DNA of 63,921 bases, filler included, from Acidimicrobiia bacterium (lineage in GTDB: Bacteria > Actinomycetota > Acidimicrobiia > Spongiisociales > SHLN01), in assembly GCA_041619515.1 (NCBI GenBank). It is 4 parts of 4 records of this genome, joined end to end, with 100 filler letters (N's around TTAATTAATTAA, not from the genome) between each part and the next. Parts side by side here need not be neighbours in the genome. Positions count along the whole stretch, not along the records: positions 19,657 to 38,616 come from JBFKDW010000059.1; positions 38,717 to 57,465 come from JBFKDW010000060.1; 2 more parts are not named here. One strand, given 5' to 3'. Of this stretch, positions 34,313 through 43,752 are shown piece by piece; position 1 is the first letter of the stretch; the number at the start of each line of letters is the position of its first letter. Made by a program: the position numbers and the translations under genes. The notes below the pieces were generated by a model. It searched no databases and was not told the origin of the DNA. It saw nothing but the letters and a program-made list of their open reading frames with translations.

Positions 34313-34732
34313 CTAGATCAGATAGAGCAGCTCGTGGCGCTCCCGGTCGGATTCGGACGGCCAGGAGGCTGCCAGGCCGATGAGGGAGAGCAGTGCGGAC
34401 ACCACCGAGATCCACCATGGCCCGACGACGACGGCGAGCACGAAACCCCCCAGCCCCACCGCTTCGACGAGTGCCAGCTTGATGAGGGCAGTGCGAAGGT
34501 AGGTGGCGGTGTCGGACGGCGGGATGGGCCGCTGCCGCAGCCAGAAAACGCCGAGGAGAGCGCCGAGACCGCCTACCAGGATGGGACCGGCGGTCGTCCA
34601 GCCGCCCTCGGCGTCGATCGCGGCGGCCGCCACCACCAGGACGACGAGAAGCGGGACCCAGGTCGATGCCACGATCCGGAGCGCCCGCATATCCACGACG
34701 GGGAGCGTACCGGCGGCAGTGGATGCCGCCAA
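34313..34732 (-). CDS. Small four-TM membrane protein, function unknown
   Basis: Four hydrophobic segments; lies between the two paralogs. Confidence 0.65.
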   Translation of the reverse strand: MAASTAAGTLPVVDMRALRIVASTWVPLLVVLVVAAAAIDAEGGWTTAGPILVGGLGALLGVFWLRQRPIPPSDTATYLRTALIKLALVEAVGLGGFVLAVVVGPWWISVVSALLSLIGLAASWPSESDRERHELLYLI

Positions 34733-34735
34733 CGA

Positions 34736-35689
34736 TCAGGAAGAGGCGGCGATCGCCCGCTCGGTGACGCGTTCGGCCTCCCGTTCGAGCCGGACAAACA
34801 TGCCCTTCTCGTGCCAGCGAGGCGCCATCAGCCGTTCGAGGGCGGGCCACGCCCCCGGCTCGGAGACCTCGAGCACTTCGAGCAGCCCGAGGGCCGAGCC
34901 CCCTCGCCACTGGAGCGGATGGCCCCAGCCCAGCGTCTTGGCGACACCGTCCAAATCGAGCGTCACGAGGTGCGCAACTCGCTGCCACCGGTTGCCCCGG
35001 TACTCGAAGCCGGCCAGCTCTTCGGCACCGATCGACACGCGGGCGAACGCCACCACTGTGTCACGGGTGCCCGAGACGTGCTGCTCCCGTCCCCAGGCGA
35101 CCACTTCGACATCGACCGTCGGGATATCGAAGGTCTGCTTGACGAGCCGATGTGCGGCCCGATAGGGATCCGGGCGCCCAAATGAGTCGACGTCGACCAA
35201 CCCGAATTCGGCGTCGACCGAGCTGGTCCACTCCACCCTGCCCGCCGGTTGCTCGCGGACTTCCTGCGCCACGGTCCACGCCTGGCCGCGCTCGTCCGTG
35301 GCCACGACCCACAGCTCGAGGCTGATTTCACCGCCGGCGAAGCGACCCCCGGAATCGGCGATCGCTCCGGGGAGCTCACGCGGGCTCAGCTTGCCCGCCG
35401 TTCCCTCGACGCGAAAGCCCAGGTCCGCGTCGGCGAACTCGAGAGAGTCCGTGCGCGAGCGCCACGAGGGCGATCTCATGAAGAGCCGCCTCCCCAGCGC
35501 CGCCAACGGCCGCGCCATCACGAGCCCGACGAGGACCGCGCCGGCAATACCACCGACGGTCGCAGGATCGCCTCCACCGTACACCAACCCGGCGCCGGCG
35601 CCGGCGCCGGCGAGCACTAGAAAGGCCAATAACCACTTGCCCCGCAGGCGACGAATCCACCAACCCGCTCGCTTCATGCCGTGCCGCAC
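34736..35689 (-). CDS. Uncharacterised protein with two N-terminal TM helices; paralog of 33173-34198
   Basis: LWVVATD, DPY, VVAWG, MFVRL blocks. Confidence 0.75.
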   Translation of the reverse strand: MRHGMKRAGWWIRRLRGKWLLAFLVLAGAGAGAGLVYGGGDPATVGGIAGAVLVGLVMARPLAALGRRLFMRSPSWRSRTDSLEFADADLGFRVEGTAGKLSPRELPGAIADSGGRFAGGEISLELWVVATDERGQAWTVAQEVREQPAGRVEWTSSVDAEFGLVDVDSFGRPDPYRAAHRLVKQTFDIPTVDVEVVAWGREQHVSGTRDTVVAFARVSIGAEELAGFEYRGNRWQRVAHLVTLDLDGVAKTLGWGHPLQWRGGSALGLLEVLEVSEPGAWPALERLMAPRWHEKGMFVRLEREAERVTERAIAASS

Positions 35690-35745
35690 AACCCACTCCC
35701 TTTTTCCGATAGCCCGCCACGGACAGTAGTCCGATCTTTCGCGTT

Positions 35746-36549
35746 TTACCAGAGAGAATCGCGACCGAGCACGGGTGGCAGCTCGATGAGCTCTCCCGGG
35801 TAGATGAGATCGGGATTGCCCGAGCGAATGGTGGCGCGATTCGCCTCGATCACCTGCACCCAGTAGCGCGCTATCTCGTGTTCGCCGAGATCGGCGCGGC
35901 CCAGCACACGACCCAGGTGCTGCTCCGAGATACTCCAGAGGTGATCACCTCTCGAGACACGCACGGTATGGCGCGCCGACGTCGCCACGGGTCGCACCCG
36001 GGCAGCCTCCTCGGCCGGATCGAACTGCTCCGCCGCTTGCTCTCCGAGATGAGGGGGAAGCAAGAGATGGTGGCCGTCGTCCCTCGCCGGCTGGGCAGAC
36101 GGGGAACGGCTCTCGACCTGGACGACGGCCGAACCGCCGCCCTCTGTCACATGCGCTCCCGCCGGCCACGCCGGGCCGGTCACCGCCGAGGCGGCAATCG
36201 ACAGTGCAAGCGCCCGGTGCACGAGACGGCGAACGGGCGCAACGGTGAGCCGTCGCAACCCTCTCCGGACCGGCCGGCCCGAGCGCGCCAGGACGAGGTA
36301 GAGCATGGTCGACGCCAGCAGCCAGTACGCCAGCACGAGGGCGGTGACCAGCAGCAACGCCGCCACGACGTCTTCGAACGGTGCAGCGTCGAGCCATCCA
36401 TCGAGATCCGACCAGCCGACGGCGAACCCCGGGACTCGGGCGAGGGAGTGAAGGGCTGCCACCACCCCCAGCTCGGCCGCGATGACGCCCCCGAGACGGG
36501 CCCGCTCGACGGCCGTCGGACCGGCCGCTCCCGGTCTCCTCATCATCAC
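35746..36549 (-). CDS. Membrane-anchored LysM-domain protein
   Basis: VSRGDHLWSIS ... NPDLIYPGELIELP; N-terminal TM helices; AAGGAG RBS. Confidence 0.85.
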   Translation of the reverse strand: MMMRRPGAAGPTAVERARLGGVIAAELGVVAALHSLARVPGFAVGWSDLDGWLDAAPFEDVVAALLLVTALVLAYWLLASTMLYLVLARSGRPVRRGLRRLTVAPVRRLVHRALALSIAASAVTGPAWPAGAHVTEGGGSAVVQVESRSPSAQPARDDGHHLLLPPHLGEQAAEQFDPAEEAARVRPVATSARHTVRVSRGDHLWSISEQHLGRVLGRADLGEHEIARYWVQVIEANRATIRSGNPDLIYPGELIELPPVLGRDSLW

Positions 36550-36654
36550 ATCTCCTTATAACCTTTCATATCTTATTGAACAGTGATTCTACGGGTCAAT
36601 GAGGTCACCGGATCGGCACCGGCTCCCGGGAGCCGGCCGGGTACCCTTGCGGAC

Positions 36655-37227
36655 GTGACCACCACTCGATGCGAATGGGCCGGGACGGACCCCGTGTACG
36701 TGGCGTATCACGACGACGAGTGGGGCACTCCGGAACGTGACGATCGCAAGCTCTTCGAGTTCGTCGTGCTGGAGAGCGCTCAGGCCGGGCTCAGCTGGAT
36801 CACGATCCTGCGAAAACGCCAGAACTATCGGAACGCCTTCGCCGGCTTCGATCCCGAGCGGGTGGCTCGGTTCACCGCTGCCCGGGTCGACCGCCTGCTC
36901 GAGAATCCGGGAATCGTCCGCAACCGCCAGAAGATCGAAGCGGCAATCGGCAACGCCCGGGCGGCGCTCGAAGTACGCGACGAGCTCGGCAGCTTGTCCG
37001 AGTACTTCTGGGATTTCGTGGACGGCACGCCCGTCATCAATCGGTTCACGGCCATGGGCGACATCCCGGCCCGCACGGAGGTCTCAGAAGCGATGGCAAA
37101 GGACATGAAGGCCCGCGGCTTTCGGTTCTTCGGGCCGACGATCGCCTATGCCCACATGCAGGCGATGGGGCTCGTCAACGACCATGTCCTGAGCTGCTTT
37201 CGCTGGCGTCAGGTCCAGGGCAGCTGA
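36655..37227 (+). CDS. tag: DNA-3-methyladenine glycosylase I
   Basis: RCEW, YHDDEWG, LESAQAGLSWITIL, GLVNDH-x-C. Confidence 0.96.
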   Translation: MTTTRCEWAGTDPVYVAYHDDEWGTPERDDRKLFEFVVLESAQAGLSWITILRKRQNYRNAFAGFDPERVARFTAARVDRLLENPGIVRNRQKIEAAIGNARAALEVRDELGSLSEYFWDFVDGTPVINRFTAMGDIPARTEVSEAMAKDMKARGFRFFGPTIAYAHMQAMGLVNDHVLSCFRWRQVQGS

Positions 37228-37236
37228 GCCGGCCGC

Positions 37237-38013
37237 CTAGTCGGACAGGAACCCTTCGAACTCCGTCCCGGCGTAGCGGTCCGCCAGGGCGTCGTAATTG
37301 ACGACCGCCGCCTGCAGGCTGTCGGGAGTCGCCTTCTTGAATGCGGAGGCCGAATAGGACAGTCCTTCGATGCCGAGGAACGCCGCCAGGCGCTCCATCG
37401 TGGCGACCTTTCCCTCCTCGTCGATGAACTCCTCGTACTGCACCCTGGTGAGCGCATCGGGGCCCAGCATGGCGGTGGCTTCCTCCCAGAATGTCTCCGA
37501 CTGCCGGTGGAGGGCAACCGACTCTTTGACCCAGCGATGGAAGACGTCGAGGTCCACGTCGCTGGGCGGTCGCACTCCGCTCTTGTCGAATTGGCTCTTG
37601 CCCTCCTCGTGGTAGCGGTACAGCGAGAGCGCATGCTTGATGCGGTTGCTCCGCTGCAGGAGGATGACCTGCGAGTTGAGGTCCAGCAGCACTTTGAGCA
37701 GGGCAGCGTGGTCGTCGATCGTGTGGCTGTGCATCTTGAACCCGGCCACCGAGAAGTCGGGGTTCTTGGGGACGCTGAAATGCGGGTTCTTGCCCAGCGC
37801 CTCCAGCCAGCTCTCATAGGCGGCACCGCTTCGATCATCCGGGGGCGTGAACACGGTTCGCATCCACTCCAACCGCTCGGCGTCGGTGACCTCCCATGCC
37901 CATTTCTCAAGCGGCTCGAACCCGGGTATGAAGACGTCGGCGGGGCTCCCGATGATCTGGATCAGCCAGGAGCTTCCGGTATTGCCGTAGAAGACGAGGA
38001 GGAACGATCGCAT
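37237..38013 (-). CDS. Sulfotransferase-like protein (Stf0-like P-loop fold)
   Basis: GNTGSSWL, GFKM, LQRSNRIKHALS, YEEF, VVNYDAL. Confidence 0.65.
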   Translation of the reverse strand: MRSFLLVFYGNTGSSWLIQIIGSPADVFIPGFEPLEKWAWEVTDAERLEWMRTVFTPPDDRSGAAYESWLEALGKNPHFSVPKNPDFSVAGFKMHSHTIDDHAALLKVLLDLNSQVILLQRSNRIKHALSLYRYHEEGKSQFDKSGVRPPSDVDLDVFHRWVKESVALHRQSETFWEEATAMLGPDALTRVQYEEFIDEEGKVATMERLAAFLGIEGLSYSASAFKKATPDSLQAAVVNYDALADRYAGTEFEGFLSD

Positions 38014-38090
38014 CGAGCAATGGTAGACGGGTTGCCGGTACCTCCGGCCCGGACGGCCGGCCTCGGGGCGCTCCGTCGTCCCGCCCGAGC

Positions 38091-38616
38091 TCAGCCGAGC
38101 ACCCGAGCCAGTTGCTCCATCTGCTGGTGGGTGTTGTAGAGATGCACGCTGATGCGCAGCCGGCCGGCCCGCACCGACGCCTGGATGCGCTCGCGTTTGA
38201 GGGCGTTCATGGTGGCTTCTGCGTCGCCCAGCTCGATCGAGAGGATCGGCGAGCGGTTGGCCGGGTCGTAGGGGATCTTGATTCCACGCTGCTCGAGGTC
38301 CGCGATCAGTGAGCGATTGTGGGCCTCGATGGCGCCGATTCCGGTTTCGGCGAGGATCTTGAGCCCTTCGACGTTGGCGAACGGATCGAACCACGGGGTC
38401 GACACGTCGAGCTTGGAGGCGGTCGACGACAGCTCCATATCCGGGCCGTAGAAGACCTCGGTCGGGCGGGTCGTGGCCTTCCAGCCGGGTGAGATCGGCA
38501 CAAACGCGTCTCGGAGCTCGGGGCGCACGTAGAGATAGCCCATGCCGCGGACACCGAGGAGCCACTTGTGGCCGCAGCTGAACAGCGCGTCGACGCCCTC
38601 GATGTCGACCTCGATG
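38091..38616 (-). CDS. Class V PLP aminotransferase/lyase, C-terminal part
   Basis: SCGHKWLLGVRGMGYLYV, LRISVHLYN; cut by linker. Confidence 0.85.
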
Positions 38617-38716
38617 NNNNNNNNNNNNNNNNNNNNNNNNNNNNNNNNNNNNNNNNNNNNTTAATTAATTAANNNNNNNNNNNNNNNNNNNNNNNNNNNN
38701 NNNNNNNNNNNNNNNN
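38617..38716. other. Artificial contig linker
   Basis: N-TTAATTAATTAA-N. Confidence 0.99.
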
Positions 38717-38721
38717 CAGGC

Positions 38722-39867
38722 ATGCCGGCTGAGGCTCCCGTGAGCGCGGCTGGGCTGGCCGCCTATGTGCATGTGCCGTTCTGCGGTCGGGTGTGCCCGT
38801 ATTGTGACTTCGCGGTCGTCGCCGGCCGGGATGACATGATCGATCGGTACTTCGGCGCGTTGTGGGCCGAGATCGACATGGAGCCGCCGACCGGACCCCT
38901 GGTGAGCGTCTTCGTCGGTGGTGGCACACCTAGTCGCGTCGCACCGGCCTTGCTGGGCGAGACCGTCGAGCGCCTCGCCCATCGATTCGGGTTTGCGGGG
39001 GACGTCGAGGTGAGCCTCGAGGCCAACCCGGAGGACTGGACGAGAAGGCGGGCGCAGCAGCTGGTGGGCGCCGGTTTCAATCGGGTCTCGTTCGGAGTGC
39101 AATCGTTCGACGATGTGGTGCTGCAGGGCCTGGGACGGCTCCACAACGCCCGGCAAGCGAGTGAGGTGCTCGATCGGGCCCGGGCGGCCGGGTTTGCGTC
39201 GATCAGCCTGGATCTCATCTTCGGCTCGCCGGCTGAAACGACGAAATCATGGGAAGAGACAGTGGACACCGCGATCGGTCTGGAGCCCGCGCACGTCTCC
39301 ACCTACGCCCTCACGGTCGAGCGAGGGACCGAGCTGTCGCGGCTGGTGGCGTCGGGGGCTCCGGGACCGGATCCCGATGACCAGGCCGACAAGTACGAGA
39401 TGGCGAGAGCCGCGCTCACGGGCGCCGGGTTCGCCCACTATGAGGTCTCGAACTACGCCCGCCCGGGCCACGAATGCGTCTACAACCTCAACACCTGGGC
39501 CCAGGGCGACTACCTCGGATTCGGTCTGGGGGCGCATGGGCACCGCGGTGGCGTGCGACGGCGCAACGTCCGCAGGCTCGATGCGTACCTGGCGAAGATC
39601 GAGGCGGGAAACAGCCCGGAAGCCGGACGGGAGGTCATCTCCGGCTGGGAACGCGAGCTGGAACGGGTGTTTCTGGGAGTGAGGATGCGCCCTGGCACCG
39701 AAGCGGGCGAAGTGGGTGCTTTGCTTTCGTCTCATCCGGAGGGCAAGGCTCTCGTGGGTGCCGGCAAGCTCGAGGTGGCCGCCGGCCGAATCACCGTGCT
39801 CGATCCTCTGTTCACCGACGCTGTGGCGCGGGTGGTGTTGGATTTGGCTAGCACTCGCACGGACTGA
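38722..39867 (+). CDS. hemW: Radical SAM heme chaperone HemW
   Basis: YVHVPFCGRVCPYCDF, GGGTPS, YEVSNY; upstream of hrcA; start uncertain near contig edge. Confidence 0.92.
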   Translation: MPAEAPVSAAGLAAYVHVPFCGRVCPYCDFAVVAGRDDMIDRYFGALWAEIDMEPPTGPLVSVFVGGGTPSRVAPALLGETVERLAHRFGFAGDVEVSLEANPEDWTRRRAQQLVGAGFNRVSFGVQSFDDVVLQGLGRLHNARQASEVLDRARAAGFASISLDLIFGSPAETTKSWEETVDTAIGLEPAHVSTYALTVERGTELSRLVASGAPGPDPDDQADKYEMARAALTGAGFAHYEVSNYARPGHECVYNLNTWAQGDYLGFGLGAHGHRGGVRRRNVRRLDAYLAKIEAGNSPEAGREVISGWERELERVFLGVRMRPGTEAGEVGALLSSHPEGKALVGAGKLEVAAGRITVLDPLFTDAVARVVLDLASTRTD

Positions 39868-39874
39868 CTGCTAA
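39848..39874. promoter_or_regulatory. CIRCE element (HrcA operator)
   Basis: CTAGCACTC-N9-GACTGCTAA versus consensus TTAGCACTC-N9-GAGTGCTAA; directly upstream of hrcA. Confidence 0.9.
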
Positions 39875-39893
39875 TCCTTGCTACCCTGTGAGA

Positions 39894-40889
39894 ATGGACG
39901 ACCGCAAGGCCGCCGTTCTCAGCGCGCTCGTCGATGAGCACATCCGGACCGGGCATCCGGTGTCCTCGCGTGCCATTCTCGAGACCACGAAGCTCAATGT
40001 GTCCTCGGCAACCATCCGCAACGAGCTGGCTGCGCTCGAAGCAGAGGGCTTCGTCATGCAGCCGCATACGTCGGCCGGACGGATACCCACCGAGAGGGGG
40101 TTCCGCTACTACGTCGACAACGCCGATCCAGCCCGTCTCCGTGCCCGAACCCGAGATCGCATCAACGACTTCTTCATGTCGTTTCATCATGAGCTCCGCA
40201 GCTTGCTCAAACAGACCTCCGAGCTGCTCACCGACATCACCGCCTATCCGGCGGTGGTGATTGGTCCGGGCCTGGGTGGGTCCGAGATTCACGGAGTTCA
40301 CCTCGTGCAGCTCGGGAGCCACGTCTTGTTGATGGTGCTCGTCACCGAGGCGGGGCAGGTGACCCAAGAGCTCGTCCGTTTGCCCGCGTCCATTCATCCC
40401 GGCCAGGTGGCTCGGCTGGAAGATGCACTCGTGCGCACGCTGGTGGGGCGAACCCTTGCCGAGGCCAAGCGGGCGCTCGAAGACACCCCGAAAGAGCTTC
40501 CGCCCGGTGAGGCGGGGATCGTCAGCACGCTGGCGGATGCTGCTCTCAAATCGGAGACCGACTCGCGTGAGCTGTTCGTGGGAGGGACCAGCCTGTTGGC
40601 GAGCCTGTGGGAAGACATCTCGAAGGTCCACTTCATTCTCGAGCTCCTCGAGCGCGACTCGTCAGTGATGGGCCTGGTCGACAGCCAGGCCGAAGGCACC
40701 TCGGTGGTCATCGGTCCGGAACTGGGATCCAACGAGCTCGACCTCGCCGTGGTCTCGACGTCGTACGGAGTTGATGCGCGCAGCTCCGGTCGGGTTGCCG
40801 TGCTGGGCCCGATGCGGATGGATTATCGGAGAACGATCCGCGTGGTAGAGGAGGTGGGGGAAGGCCTCACCGACAGTCTGAACTCATGA
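39894..40889 (+). CDS. hrcA: Heat-inducible transcription repressor
   Basis: [27 protein letters not shown]. Confidence 0.97.
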   Translation: MDDRKAAVLSALVDEHIRTGHPVSSRAILETTKLNVSSATIRNELAALEAEGFVMQPHTSAGRIPTERGFRYYVDNADPARLRARTRDRINDFFMSFHHELRSLLKQTSELLTDITAYPAVVIGPGLGGSEIHGVHLVQLGSHVLLMVLVTEAGQVTQELVRLPASIHPGQVARLEDALVRTLVGRTLAEAKRALEDTPKELPPGEAGIVSTLADAALKSETDSRELFVGGTSLLASLWEDISKVHFILELLERDSSVMGLVDSQAEGTSVVIGPELGSNELDLAVVSTSYGVDARSSGRVAVLGPMRMDYRRTIRVVEEVGEGLTDSLNS

Positions 40890-41977
40890 AGGACTACTAC
40901 AAGATCCTCGGTGTTGGGCGCGACGCCGGGCCCGACGAGATCAAGAAGGCGTTCCGGCAGCTGGCTCGCCAATCCCACCCGGACGCCAACCCGGGCGACC
41001 CCGGGGCCGAGGCCCGGTTCCGTGAGGTCGCCGAGGCCTACGAGGTCTTGTCCGATCCCCAGAAGCGCGCCCGCTATGACCGGGGCGAGACGCTCGAGTT
41101 TGGCGACCTGTTCGCCAACTTCGGGAGCCTTAACGACCTCCTCAATTCGTTCTTCGGCGGGGGAGGCTTCGACTTCGGTGATCCCTTCGGCTCGCGGACC
41201 CGCCAGAGGTCCGGCCAGGATCTGCTGGTCGAGGCGCATGTGACGCTGGCCGAGGCCGCGGTCGGTGTCGAGAAGGAACTGACGTTTCAGGCCCCCACCG
41301 CCTGTTCGACCTGCCTGGGCACGGGGGCTGCGGAGGGGACTGCTCCGGAAACCTGCCCACAATGCGCCGGGCACGGGGCGGTGCAGGTCTCTCGCCGCAC
41401 CATGCTGGGAACGATGGCAACGCTCCAGACCTGCGACCGCTGCCGCGGCCGGGGCGAGGTCGTTGTGGTCCCGTGCGAAACCTGCCGGGGCGCGCAGCTG
41501 ATCGACGGCCCGCGCACGCTGACGGTACGGATACCCGCCGGGGTGGACTCCGGGTCGCGCCTGCGGCTGCGGGGAGAGGGTGGCGCCGGCCCGTCCGGGA
41601 GCTTGGCCGGGGATCTCTATGTTCAGGTCTCGGTTGCACCGGACCCGAGGTTCGAGCGCGACGGCTTCGATCTGTGGCATCGCGTGGGCATCGGCGTGAG
41701 TGAGGCAATCCTCGGGACCCAGATCGAGGTGCCGGTCATCGACGAAGAGCCGATGAAGATGGACGTCCCTCCCGGCACGCAGCCGGGTACCACCGTTCGG
41801 GTTCCCAGACGCGGCCTCGGGCGCCTCAATGGACGCGGCCGGGGCGACATGATGGTGGAGATCGGCGTCGACATCCCTTCCAAACTCTCACATGAAGAGG
41901 AGGAAGCGATCCGCCGCTTCGCCGACCTTCGCTCCGAGCGCCCGGCCGAGCAGCGTGGGCGACGACGCCGCCGCTGA
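40886..41977 (+). CDS. dnaJ: Chaperone DnaJ
   Basis: HPD J-domain and four CxxCxG zinc repeats. Confidence 0.97.
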   Translation: MKDYYKILGVGRDAGPDEIKKAFRQLARQSHPDANPGDPGAEARFREVAEAYEVLSDPQKRARYDRGETLEFGDLFANFGSLNDLLNSFFGGGGFDFGDPFGSRTRQRSGQDLLVEAHVTLAEAAVGVEKELTFQAPTACSTCLGTGAAEGTAPETCPQCAGHGAVQVSRRTMLGTMATLQTCDRCRGRGEVVVVPCETCRGAQLIDGPRTLTVRIPAGVDSGSRLRLRGEGGAGPSGSLAGDLYVQVSVAPDPRFERDGFDLWHRVGIGVSEAILGTQIEVPVIDEEPMKMDVPPGTQPGTTVRVPRRGLGRLNGRGRGDMMVEIGVDIPSKLSHEEEEAIRRFADLRSERPAEQRGRRRRR

Positions 41978-42064
41978 GCCGTCCGGTCGGTGGCGGTGTG
42001 TGCCCGGTGACCAGGGGTCTCCTTCGGCATGCCCCCTCCACGTTGGTCGTGAAGGGCTGAGCTG

Positions 42065-42733
42065 ATGCGTCACATACCGCACGTCTATGTTCCGCAACCT
42101 TGGGATCCGGAAGTGATCCCGCTCATCGGACAGCAGGTTCGCCATCTGGAGCGGGTGCTGCGCCTGGAGGAGGGTGCCTCGCTTTCGTATACCGACGGTG
42201 TGGGAAGGGTGGGTGAGGGTGCACTCGGCGCAGGTTCGATCGTGCGGGGCACCGAGGTCGACGTGCCCGCCCCGGCCCCGGAGGTCTCGGTGGCGGTGGC
42301 TCCGCCGCGCAAACAGGAGCGGGTGCGATTCCTCGTCGAGAAGCTGGCCGAGCTCGGTGTCGACCGTCTCGTCTGGCTGGCCACCCGGCTCGGCGAGGGG
42401 CGGGCACCGCGTGCAGAGAAGGCGGATGCCTGGGCCAGGTCGGCGCTCGAGCAGAGCAGGGGTGCCTGGCTGCTTCGGATCTCAGGCCCCATTTCGCCGG
42501 CGGCTCTTCCCGGCACTCCCACACTCTGGGTGGCAGAACGCGAAACCGAGATGCCACCCTCGGTGGTCGAAGGTGGTATTCTGGTTATCGGCCCCGAAGC
42601 GGGATTTGCGGAAGGAGAGATCCCGGCGTCGGCAAATCGCATCGGCCTTGGGAGGCGGATCCTCCGGGTCGAGACGGCGGCTGTGGTCGGCGCCACTGTC
42701 ATGCTCGAACGAACCGGGCGGCTTTCATGGTAG
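42065..42733 (+). CDS. rsmE: 16S rRNA m3U1498 methyltransferase
   Basis: HLERVLRL, IGPEAGF, LGRRILRVETAA. Confidence 0.93.
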   Translation: MRHIPHVYVPQPWDPEVIPLIGQQVRHLERVLRLEEGASLSYTDGVGRVGEGALGAGSIVRGTEVDVPAPAPEVSVAVAPPRKQERVRFLVEKLAELGVDRLVWLATRLGEGRAPRAEKADAWARSALEQSRGAWLLRISGPISPAALPGTPTLWVAERETEMPPSVVEGGILVIGPEAGFAEGEIPASANRIGLGRRILRVETAAVVGATVMLERTGRLSW

Positions 42734-42823
42734 GAAATGCCGTCGAGGTGGGATGGTCGGTGTTTAAGATGATCTCGCCCCATAGGTCGATAGACCTACA
42801 CGCGAGCGAGACGGTGGTGGATA

Positions 42824-43321
42824 GTGGGGAATGAGGAAGGAACCGAAGTGAGTTACAACGAGGCGGTCGGGCAGCGCCTCCGGTCTATCCGGAAACAGCG
42901 TGGCCTTTCCCTCCAGGACGTCGAGGAAATCTCCGGACGCGAGTTCAAGGCTTCGGTGCTTGGAGCCTATGAGCGCGGAGAACGAGCGCTGTCACTTCCC
43001 CGGCTGCAGCGTCTGGCCGCGTTCTTCAATATTGGGCCGGGCCAACTGCTGCCGCAGGAAGAGGCCGGCGAGCCCCGGCCGGTCACATCGATACCGAGTG
43101 GCGGCGTGACGGTCGATCTCAACAAGATAGATTCGCTCACCGGTCGTGAGGCGAAGCTGCTCGAGGATTTCCTGCGCGCGATTCAGATGATGCGTCAGGA
43201 TTTCAACGGGCGCGTGTTGACGATCCGCCGCAATGATCTGCGGTTGCTGTCACTGCTCTTGCACCAGGCCGAGGAGGATTTCTCGAGACGACTGACCGAT
43301 CTAGGCGTTACGACGGTCTAG
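42824..43321 (+). CDS. bldD: BldD-like XRE regulator with c-di-GMP-binding C-domain
   Basis: GQRLRSIRKQRGLSL...GAYERGER; RQDFNGRVLTIRRND matches RxD-x8-RxxD. Confidence 0.85.
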   Translation: MGNEEGTEVSYNEAVGQRLRSIRKQRGLSLQDVEEISGREFKASVLGAYERGERALSLPRLQRLAAFFNIGPGQLLPQEEAGEPRPVTSIPSGGVTVDLNKIDSLTGREAKLLEDFLRAIQMMRQDFNGRVLTIRRNDLRLLSLLLHQAEEDFSRRLTDLGVTTV

Positions 43322-43336
43322 GCGAGTCATCCGTCC

Positions 43337-43672
43337 ATGTCCGATTGCCTATTCTGCGCGATCGCTGCCGGAGACATACCTGCAGACGTGGTCCTCGAAA
43401 CCGAGGACATCGTGGCGTTCAACGATATCAACCCCGCCGCACCCACTCATGTCCTGGTTATTCCCCGCCGCCACATCGCTTCGGCCGCAGAACTCCAGCC
43501 CACCGACGCCGAGCTGTTGGCCGCCCTCTTCGGCGCTGCCGCCCGGATCGGCAGCGAACTCGAGGGTGGATGGAGGCTGGTCACCAACGTTGGCCCGGGC
43601 GCCGGTCAGAGCGTTTTTCACCTCCACTTCCATGTTCTGGGTGGTCGAGTGCTCGGTTGGCCGCCGGGATAG
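43337..43672 (+). CDS. HIT-family nucleotide-binding protein
   Basis: CLFC, HLHFH, GWPPG. Confidence 0.95.
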   Translation: MSDCLFCAIAAGDIPADVVLETEDIVAFNDINPAAPTHVLVIPRRHIASAAELQPTDAELLAALFGAAARIGSELEGGWRLVTNVGPGAGQSVFHLHFHVLGGRVLGWPPG

Positions 43673-43752
43673 CTGTAGGCGTAGGGAAGGCCCGCCGATA
43701 TACTCCTCACTGCTTTCCTCCACCGGAGGCTTCCCCTTGCAGGATCACGCAG

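Noticed and set aside
36576..36591. Possible LexA box between the LysM gene and tag (TTGAACAGTGATTCTA)
   Set aside because: Several mismatches to the actinobacterial TCGAAC-N4-GTTCGA consensus; too weak to call
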